In this document: in pieces, positions 10,465 to 25,523 of the stretch | How the letters are laid out: each line of letters opens with the position of its first letter | How positions within the stretch are numbered: position 1 is the stretch's first letter | Assembly (NCBI RefSeq): GCF_022539665.2 | Contig: NC_081333.1 | Span: 8,122,001 to 8,186,000 of the forward strand | Source: Daphnia carinata | Lineage: Eukaryota | Direction of reading: 5' to 3' | DNA: 64,000 nucleotides | Position numbers and translations under genes: made by a program | The notes under the pieces: model-generated | The model's database searches: none | What the model was told of the DNA's origin: nothing | The model's input: only the letters and a program-made list of their open reading frames with translations

Positions 10465-12870
10465 GCGTTTTCAATGGAGAAAGATTTATTGTAAATTTCG
10501 TAAAAGAAAAAACGGCGCGAACAACAATTTTTTCTGAATGCACACATCATATTCGTAGTTTTTCCACATTACACGGGAGAAAAAAAAATCTGTTTCGTTG
10601 TATATAATCATTGACACAGAACATTGGCTAGCTATACATTCGATAGTAAAAAAAAAATCAAAAAATCAAAAATAACCAGAGATAAATGAGAGACGGAAAG
10701 ACGGAAAATTTTAAATTTTTCCATCTTAAAACAAATAAAACATTCCAAGAGAGATTCCGCAAACTGAGAGATTCTTAAGATGATTGAAACAGGGGAGTCG
10801 AATTTTTCCGAGAGGAGAAAAACATACAAAAATCGGATGAAGGAATGACAGTAGGGAGGAATGAGACAGAAATGAGGGGAAGGGTCAATCTCTTTTTTTT
10901 TTCATTGGATTGATGGAAGGTGAAACAGGCACCACGGTTGTTTTTTTTTATTTTTTTGTTTGTTTTTGTTGTTTGTTTTTTTTTGTGTTTTTTTTTGTTT
11001 GTTTCTTCTTAATTTTTTTTTCATTCCTTTTAAATTTCCGTCCATCACTAGCCAGATAAAAATGGAATCGTTCACATGCGCATTACAAAGAGAAGAGCAA
11101 ATGATAACACACCAAATAGATTCTTTAAGGTCTTGAAAGCATTGGAATGCGTCTCGCGGGAAGGGAGGAGATGTAGACAGAGCGGTTCGAAACGCAAGAC
11201 GTTAAAACATATGGCACCTGTGACTTTGCATATCGTGAATAGCTTTTTCTCTTTCTGTTGTGTCAATATCCAAGGCTTGCGATTGTGATCGACTCTACTT
11301 CAAAGAGAAAGAGATACCAGTTGAAACGAACGGGCAATTTTTTTTTTCCGGAGAAGGGAGTGTTTCATAACCGTGCCATCAGTAAACAAGTGCAAAGGTG
11401 GGGAAAATATGGGACAACATAAACACTGCGGATATAACGGCCGACTAGTAGGCCAACAACTCGTCCGACAAACACACGATCATAGAAAAAAGAACAATCA
11501 ATGAAATCAACTTGACAGAAATGCTAGGACATTGGCTGGAAGACGGATGGGGAAAGAAATAATTTGTAGAAACGGGTTAAAAGAATTTTTTTTTTTTGGT
11601 AAAAATAAAAATTAAAAAAAATCGAATAATGTTTTTCTCCTACATTAGAAGTCATAAGGAAACTAAAGGGTACAACTTGAAAGACAAGCACCTTGAGTAT
11701 TTCTCTTATTAATTTTTTTTTTTTTTAGAATTTCTTTTCTCTTGGTTGTTTTCAATGAAATAAGGAATGTTTACATATTCAAACCTGTCAAACTGAAAGT
11801 CAACCAGCCTCAACGCAGAAAAACAAAAATATAAAAAAAGAAAAAACAATTGAACAGATTTTTTTTAAGAGATTGCACGTGTGGTGCACCCTGACTAGGC
11901 TGGCGACCATAGGAAAACTATTTTTAAAAAACAAAAGAATTAAACCAAACAGTCCCGCTTTTCAATGAAAAAATAAAAACTGAATTTAAAAAATTGCTTC
12001 CCACATCTCATCGGTTCACTAAACAAAAACAATGGAAACAAAGAAAAGACCATTGATCCATGCGCAAAGCAAATGTCATTTAACGTGAAGGAAGACAAGA
12101 GCTCTTTTTTTTTCGTATGTCTGCTTAAACACCCATTTTGTTTAAAAGGGAAAAGAAAAACGACATTGAATGGTAATTTCGATACCTTATGGAAGAAACT
12201 TAGGATTAAAGACGAGGATATATAGCGAACAATATATAAACCGGTGGGAGATTTCTTGTAGTTTACATGAGTATTGCTTGGTACTTCAATCACCGCTGAA
12301 GATTATCCGAGAATCTACATTCATCTCCAACCAGTTTATATATATATACAAGTCTATGCGTAATCAATTTTAGGTTCATATAATATAAACTATGTTTTGG
12401 CACGGGCTGAAGAAATTCACGCGAGTACATTCGGCCTACCGAAACTACCGTAGCGTTTTTTCGACTTAAAAAAAAAAAAAATTTAATGAAATTTTAAAAA
12501 AAGGAAACGGAAACGCTTCGCCTCTTAAGCGAGGCGGCGTTTTAGGAGAATTTTCGTTGCACTGAATCCTGCACAATCACCTATCTGCATATATCATAGA
12601 TCGAGATTAAACGACCGATTAACACGAGAACATGAAAGGAGAGAGCTATACATAAACACACACAGACAGATCACCACGAAAAAGTGAAAGATGCAAAAGA
12701 ATTGTTTTGTTTTCCCTTACAAATAGACGGGAGACGCATTTTGTGTCACGTAGAACAAAGTCGATTTTTGCTGACGCGCGTTTCGTTGGTCATGTTCTGT
12801 TGTTGCAATAAACAAAATGAGCGATTAAGTCGTCATCGTCGTTGCTTCCGTTCGTTTTGTTTTCATTCAT
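10465..12870 (-). other. Long 3'UTR of zfh1 (~2.4 kb; distal end approximate)
   Basis: Non-coding AU-rich region between the zfh1 stop (12871) and the AATAAA at 10490-10485. Contains many miRNA seed matches and a Pumilio element (UGUAUAUA, 12350-12343). Confidence 0.55.
10485..10490 (-). terminator. Putative polyadenylation signal (AATAAA) of zfh1
   Basis: TTTATT on the + strand about 2.4 kb downstream of the zfh1 stop, followed on the minus strand by U-rich sequence (A-rich on + at 10360-10380). Confidence 0.45.
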
Positions 12871-17306
<4,436 letters not shown>

Positions 17307-17600
17307 GGTGATTTAACGGTCACCAGCCAGACAAGTCAGCGACACTTGCAAGTGGTTTAACAGTCGGCCAAGTCAGCAATGATTGGAAAATAACGATTCA
17401 ACACGGCGCACCATTAAAAAAAGAAAACGTTTGGAATTTCTCTATATTCGTTTTCGCAACGGCAATATAGGCTATAACACTGACTAACGAACGAACGACG
17501 GCCAATAAAAAACAAACAAAACAGCTGGAATGTTAACTAATCGAAACGAAACTGTGTGAGGCAAAACAAGTTGCGTGACTAAGTGATTTGGAGTGCAGTG
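17307..17600 (-). promoter_or_regulatory. Putative internal promoter and 5'UTR of the short zfh1 isoform
   Basis: An in-frame TAA lies three codons upstream of ATG 17306 with no intervening AG, so this ATG is a true start. Inr-like TTAGTC (17582-17577) and TCAGTG (~17483-17478) on the minus strand. Confidence 0.45.
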
Positions 17601-20600
17601 CAATGTGTGCGTGTGTGAATGTCAAAGAGGTAGAAGGGACTAGGGGACTGTTTATCAGTGCGAGGAGGAGTCGTGTGCGTGTGCGTGTGTTTGTGTGGGT
17701 GCAGAGGGTGTGACGGCTGGTGGACGACTGGCCGCGTGCTGATGCAGTCCGCAGCGTCAAGTCCCTCCTTTACTCCACACGTCTCTCGCTCACTCTTGAG
17801 CCATAATTTGGAGAGTGAAGCACCACACACACACACACACATACACAGACAAACGTACACACAAGAGATCGCGGGGCGGGATTCATTGGCCCGTCCGTCC
17901 GTCTACGGCGCACACACGAATCGCGTAACGTCTGATGCTGTGAGGTGGGTTGCGCGCGCTGATGGTGCGCAACTTCTCGTCGATGGGTGTGGGTGGTGGT
18001 GGGGCAGGGAGGGCTCGGGACAAGGGTGCTATTGGGAGCATCAAGTTACTACCAAGAATTGGTTGAACGATTCAAATCGAATAGATGCTTTGATTGTGTA
18101 CAGCAAATAATGGCAAAGTATAAGGTACAGCCAACACTTGTCAGCCCGAGCGGCCATGGTTGCAATAGATCCACGGCTCAAAATGAAAGCACATAAAACT
18201 AGGGGATTACCAAAGCGAATGAAAAGGTTTTCTTCATCAGAGAATGAGACTAGCCAATTGAAGAGGACGCTACGAGAACAATTCTCGCGGCCGGAGGAGG
18301 ACGGACGCGAGAAATGGAGTAGAATGGAACACAAAAAAAAAAGAAAAAAGAATAGAGACGAAGAAGAGTAATTGCACAGAGAGGGCCGACTCTCTCTTCG
18401 TCCTCACCCGGACGCCCTCTTCAAAATAAGGAAAAAAAACCTGACTTTGAAGTAATGCACTTAAAGAAAGCGACCGAGTCTATCATCCACAATAGACGCA
18501 AGCGCGAAAAGAGAGAGAGAGAGAGAAGCGGCAATTATGCATCACGGCTCTCACACAGCTCGGAGGAGGCTCTCTCCTCTATCCAACCCCTATCCGCACA
18601 ACCTGTCACCGCGGCTCCCGCTATGCGTCATTGTCGCTTCATTAATTACATTCAAGCTTGCTAAGAAGTAGGAGACGAAGAAGGGCTAGACCATCGCCGC
18701 CCTTTTTTTTTTTTTTTTCTTACTGTTATAAAGAACAAGAAAAACCAAAGGAGCGCTGGTGACGGCGGTGGTGGGGCGGATACGGTTGCGCGATAGGGGA
18801 AAAACAACAACCGCACACACACATACACACACAGATGACAACGACGAGTATAACTATACGAGACGAAAAGTAATGAGTCAGTCGAGCGGCACGGGAGAAC
18901 AACGTCCAATAAAAACCTAATGTCATTCATTATATGTAGCAGAAACGGACGGCGGCGAGAGCGTTAAAAAACAAGAAATGACATCGAGCGACGGCCGTTC
19001 AAGGCAATGGTTTCTACCGCTTTTGAACACGTATACAACATCGTAACAGAGCGCACTCATTTCCAAGTTGCAGTCCGAAAACAATATTGAGGGATAAACC
19101 GGTGTTGTCTTTTTCCTTTTTTTTCTGTGTGTGTGTGGTCAATACAAGAAATTAGAAGCAAAAAAAAGGTGTAACCCGTGCGCGGGTAATTTGAAAAGCA
19201 GAGTAATTGTCCAACCAACAGTTATTAAAACAATACGATATATCACAAAATAAGAAGTGGATTCAAAGAAAAACATGAAATTCTATCAATTTTTTTTTTG
19301 TACTTGAATTGAATCAATAAACGAGTACCGATCACGCACGATATTGCGTCCGAGGGAAGGAGAGGAGTTGACTATTGGCCACCGGCCGCTACCGGCTTCG
19401 AACAATTTGATTTCCTTTTTGTTATTCTTTCAGTGTACGTGTAAGGCAAGGTGCTGTTACGTAGGGAAGAAGCACCTCTTTGCCTCATACCCATCTTCCG
19501 CTCTAATAAACCGAATACGCATGCAGACACATCCCGTACCGTATGTATCATTTATTTTTTTGTTTTGTTTAGAAGGGAGGCTACGTGGGTAGGAGCAAGC
19601 CTGAAGTCGACATGGAGCTGGCCATTCACTGCGAGCGCAGGAAAGTTGATGGAAGTGTGCGTTGAAGAAAACAATCTCGCATCAACGTAGTGAACAGGAG
19701 GGAACGGGGTGAAGGAGCAGAGAAAGAGGAGGGCTATTGTCCGCATGTTAGCGACACAATAGGGACGCACGGAGTAAGCAAGACCCCCTGGTCCGGCAAC
19801 AGCTGCTGCTGACGGCCGATAAAGCAGCCAAGGCTAAGACAAATCAGAGAGATATAGAAGGAAACACGCCAACATAGGGTGGGGTGAAAAGGACGAAGGG
19901 GGGAAACGAGCACTATACAGCTCCTGCATCTGGCAATCTCTGCTCGCATCCATCCATCCCCGACTTCCATTCCATCATATGGCTTTGCCCACGACTCTTT
20001 TTTCTCTACCTGACTGCGCAATTTCGAGCCCATCAGCACCTACCTCCCCCACGTCAAACTATAATCTCGCGATGCGCACGCTTCTCCACGAGAAAACCTA
20101 TACGACCCTTTCGAATCTACACCGCCGAAAGAATATCATCTTCTAAAGAGACAACTTGTAATTTCTTTTTTTTCGCTAACGTTCCCACTCGCAGAAATGA
20201 TTGGCGTCATTTGAGGCGACAGGTTTACTCTTTCCTCAGTGCAGCCAATCAGCAACGCGCTTGTTTGTGCGCGAATTTCAAACAGGAAATCCGATGGCGC
20301 GTGCAAGCATCGTTCGGTCACGACCTCATTCGCCACAAGTAAGATGCCCGACCACTTTTTCTAATGAAACGGGCGGCAAAAAAAGTTCGGAGAATCTATC
20401 GCCGCATATTCCCGGCCACACACGCAAGTAAAAAGTCGTGACAACGATCCTTATTGATGCGCTAACGCATAAATATACAATAATATACACTCACACACAA
20501 GACAGTGTGTCGTACATGTATATATCTGTATCAAGAAAATAGACAGACGCTCGACGATGAATCGAACCGGTGACCTTACGAGATGCGGTTGAGGTCGTGA

Positions 20601-23600
20601 GTGGGAATAAGGATGTACTCTTGAAAGACGAGATGTTGGAAGGCCGAAAAGAAAGACACGCTTTCTTCCAGCCACGAATGAAGCAAAAAAGGAGGAGGAA
20701 CTGCTGCACTGTTGAAACTAAACACATCTGTTTCCAATCGAGTCTTTTAACATGTACGTTGAATACAGGAGTGTGTGTTTCTAGTGCAGGCTGCCCTCTT
20801 GATCTTTCGCTGATTCTGTTTCTATCATAGGTGATGTCATGACTCTGTTTGCAATGGTTTCGTTACATTCAAAATGTGGAGAGAAGGCGGCGTCAATTAC
20901 GAGCTGATGAAAGGGATTGAATTGATTCGATCTTTGAACAATAATTCTGCGCGGCTCAAAACTGAAGTAGAAATCGACAAACAGGAAATGGTGGGTCATC
21001 GACGGTGAATCACCGCGCGCCAAGGCGAAATAGGATCGAATTCAAATCAAACGGGAAATGGAGAAGAATTTTTTTTTTAATGCGCAACGAAAGCGAAAGG
21101 TGGTATCCATCTCGCGTTAATTAATCACGTGTCCAGTGGTTGCACAATTGCAAGCTAATGATGTCATATAGCAATTGCACTACCACTGGGAAACATGACT
21201 CATTTGTATGGATTGTGTTTTTGAGGGTCATTTCGTCAAGGGTGTGTGTGCGATGTTTGACTTTTTGAATTTCAGAGAAGAAGGTGACACGTCAAGGGCT
21301 TAGCGCGCCTCCTTTTTCTCACTCGATTTGTTGACAATAACAACAAAGTCCAAATGGTACGAGATCCAAAAGGGGAGTTGCTTGGCTCCAACTTCTCTTT
21401 TTTTGCTTACATTGAGGCAAACTTGCATGTCACATGACGCCCAGTGTCGGATGACCTTTAGTCATTGCTGTTGGACAGTTTCAGAAAGTCAGCAAAGGCG
21501 CAAGTGATGCACAGAATGCGACGCACGATTTTCTTGGCTTGTTTCCTCTCGTTTTTTTTTTTTTTAATGCGACCTTTAAAGCCCTTACAGTTCGACCACT
21601 CCTTCGACACTCCCCGTACGGTACGTAAAATGTGAACTTGTTCACGCACGCATACAAAAAAAAAGAGCCTAACAAATCAAGAAGATCTTCCAATAAACAA
21701 ACGATCCCTACGAACTCGCCAAACAGAAATTGAGGGGAAAAGGACAGATTAAAATCGTTTGTGAACGGGTCAAGATCGTCCATGTTTTTATCCTCGTATT
21801 TCTTTTTGTTGTTATTTTCCTATTTGTTTTTTTTTTATCTCGAGGAAGGATTTCTTTGACTAGCAAATGTACGAGTAGTATTGCGACAGCCACTGTTCCC
21901 TGAAGACCTTTCTTTTTTTTTTTTTCTAGGGAAATTTACAAGTTGTCTTCTACCTTTTTTAAAAGGGCCCTTGTCTACTAGGAAGTCCCCGTATCAGTTT
22001 TGTCGGGAACAAGAAAACATCGAATAAACAAACAAAAACGAGACAGGACAGGGGAGGGGGGAGAGTTTTGAGGTTGGCCGGGCAATTGACTGAGGGTATA
22101 TCTTGACCAACTGAAGCGGGACGAAATCGGCGGACAGAAAAGAATACTGTTACGTACAGTCAATCGGGATTTTGATTGGCAATAGCCGAGGCCAACAGAC
22201 ACAACTTTCGGGCCTTGTTTTTTTTTTTTTTCTTCTTCTTCTAAAAGGCAGGATAGCAAAGGAGGATCTCCCAAGAGTGTGCTACGATACAATCTCCCCC
22301 TCTGGTTCTTCTTCTATGCCACGCATCACTCGAATCGAAAGGAAAATAGGGAGATCTGCTTCAGAGCTGGACAGCAAGCTGGGGCTACTATTCTTAAATG
22401 TAGAGCATGTCAGGATCATTTTCTCCTAGAAATCCCGCAGTTCATCGTCTCCCTAACGTGCAGAGCCCCCGGTGTTAGTGAGGGGATCTACCGGAGTTGA
22501 TCGAGAGGAACAACAGAAAAAAAAAAAAGACAAAAAAAGCTTTCAAGGGCTAGGGAAAACTCTCCAAATGAAATGGCTCGAGAAAGATGTGTCAGTAAGT
22601 AAAACGAAAAAAATAAAGGCAGACCGGGAATCAGGTGGAAATGAAGCGAAAGAGAAAAAAAAAAAACAAACAAATGGAATAAAGGAGCCCCTGGACGGTG
22701 GAGGCAAGACCACATCATCCAGGGTCAAGAAGTGAACATAAGAGTAGCGAGTTGTGTATAGGAAGGAGAAGAAGAGTAGTAGGCTCTAGGGGAAGAGGAG
22801 ACGGCCAAAGCGGATGGGCGATAGGATCTATTAGTTTCTGGACAACAGCCGCTTCAGATTGCTGTTTCTCTACCATCAAGTCAGGAGGCTACTTCCTCTT
22901 ATACTCCTCTCTCTCTCTGTGAAGGTATATACTTATCTAACCATTGCCGAGCTCCATTGCATATAGAGAAACTGTTGTTGTGTGTCTTGCGGTGTTTATT
23001 CCCCCCCACTCTTGACTATCCTGTCCGCCTTTCTCCATTTCAAATGGGTTTTTCTTTTCTTTTTTTCTATCTACGTCTTTGACCTGACTCATCTTGTACA
23101 CCACCATTTCTGTAGAACAATCTCAATCAAACAAAAGTCTCTTAATGTCCCGCTTTCCTTCCTGCCTTAGAGAACTGAGGGCTGTTTCTTCCCTTCTTTA
23201 AAAAAAAAAAAAATGTGTATCAACCTTAATTGATATTACTTCATCATTGGACACGATCAACGGCCGACAAAAAAAAAAGGGGGGGGGGAGGCTATATCGG
23301 ATGATTTATGTGAGAATCGAGTCAATTGACCAGGCGACGTGTTCACAATTGAAACTCTGATTGAAACAAATGACCGTCGCCAACTGTGGCCAGCCATTTA
23401 TACTGGCGTACAAGAGCGAACTATGGGCCAGCAGCAGATGGGTAGTCGTGCGGAGCCAAGAACAACAATAGCCGGGAGCAGATTGTTACTATACTAGTAG
23501 TCACACAACCACCCCACCCAAGTGTGGTTCAGCGTGATGATGTCGCTGTTGAAGTTGATCGGTTTAATGGCCCGATTCAGTGCTAAAAAGAAGAAAGAGG

Positions 23601-24278
23601 AAAAAAAAAAGAAGGGTCTTCCCCTCCCTGTAATATATACTCTGTCTCTCAGTATGGTCTACTTCTGGACGATTATTAATGGTCAAAAGGTCCAGTCAGT
23701 GGCGGCCAGGAAAAAGAAAAAAGAAAAAAAGAAAAAGAGGGGAGGAAACTCTATCGTTTGGGCGCATCCTGAAGAAGAGGCTCCCGGACCCTGTGTTCCT
23801 TATCCGCTTCACAGCCGGGCAACCAAACAAACAAGAAAAAAAAAAAAAAAAAGCCCAGCAGGTTGCTGCTGGTACAGTCCGGACGAGACCGATTACCGAT
23901 GTAATAAATGACACGTCATCGTCTCATTCTCGGCGGCTTCAAATGGCGTCCAAAAAAAAAAATTACTTTTGAAACATCTCCCCCCCCCCTCTCTCCCGTA
24001 AATGTGACCTCAATCAATTATAGCATTGTAATGCTATTTTTAAAAAACACTTCTATTTTAAAGCCTCCTACCATAAACGACCCGGGACATTGTACATTCA
24101 ATTCCCATAATAAATTCGAGTGAAAGTTGAAAGTTTTGCGAACGAAATTTTGATCAAGTTTACGGGCTGATGGGCACCCCGAGTGCCTATCACTTTTTGA
24201 AGACACGGCTCAAGAGTGCGAGAATCTCTCTTCGCAAAGTAAAAATAACAACAACATAAAGGGGGGGGGGGGGTGAAC

Positions 24279-24309
<31 letters not shown>

Positions 24310-24512
24310 TAAAAATCTCCACTTCCAGCACACGGCTCTTTTCCTCTGCAGTGCCGCATACTACACACACATTGGGAGTCTATCATCTAGGAGCACTCTG
24401 TTTTCGCCTGTCGCGCGCTTCCCACGGTCCGGCTCGTGCATAATGCACCGCCAGGGCGTTTCGGGTGCTCCTGTTTCGTTTGCACCGAGCCCGCCCTTTT
24501 TTCTTCGATACG

Positions 24513-24513
<1 letters not shown>

Positions 24514-24544
<31 letters not shown>
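24514..24544. repeat. (TG)n microsatellite
   Basis: Directly visible, about 15 units. Confidence 0.95.
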
Positions 24545-24546
<2 letters not shown>

Positions 24547-25349
24547 GACAGACACAGGGGCACTACAGTTTCGAATCGACGGATTTGAATGTATTTGTCA
24601 TCTGCTGCTGCTGCAGGAAAAGAGAGAAACCTCTTGAAACTTCACGACGATTTTGGCAGCTCGAGAGGATCTTTGGGTCGAATAGGCTGAATGAAAGGGA
24701 AAAGCAGACGAGTGGATAGGAAGAAAAAGAAAAGAGGAAAAAAGAGAAAAAACGGATATCCGCACTTCGTACCTTTTCCCAGACCTTAATTCACTTTCCG
24801 TGTTTCTTACTCGCTTCTTCGGCCGACGACAGCGCGCCCGCCTTTCAGAAAAAGAAACCACGCCCGGCAACCCTCTCCTTTCACACGTTGCTGCATATAC
24901 ACGCAACCTTTATGGCGCGTGAGAAAAAATAAAAAATGCGATCTGCTTTAACCTCCTCCAGCAGCACATATAAACCAACCAACCAACCCCTTCCAAAACG
25001 TATTGTAACAATCCGTGCGTCTTAATCGACCTGACAGAATTCCCAGCCGGCTTCGTCCCACCGCCATTCAGAATCACAAAAAAAAAAGAAAATGGCAAAG
25101 GAAAAAGGAACAAGAAAAAAAAAAAAAAATTATTTTTAGCCTTAAGGTTCAGGTGTTAGCGTCACTTAAGTTTTGAATCCGCTTGCAGCAACCGAATGAG
25201 CTTAAATCTTTTTTTTTTTTTTTAATGAATTTTTTAAATCAAATAATATCGCAATCAAACAATTCCAAAGTCTGTCCTTTTTTTCTTTTGCTGGTTTAGA
25301 AAAAGAAAAGGGCGACGAACTATTTGCAGAGATTTTTACAGCAAAATAC

Positions 25350-25380
<31 letters not shown>

Positions 25381-25498
25381 AAAAAGGCGGAAGCGAAAGC
25401 CAATTCAAAGTCTCTGACGTTTTTCACAACTGGATGCTTCGCATCCCCCGCGTGAACGTCGGAGCGATATCCGGCAGTGTCTATGTCGGCTATAGAAA

Positions 25499-25523
25499 GG
25501 GGGGGGGGGGGGAGGGGGGGGGG
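25499..25523. repeat. Poly(G) tract (G-quadruplex capable)
   Basis: G14-A-G10, directly visible. Confidence 0.85.
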
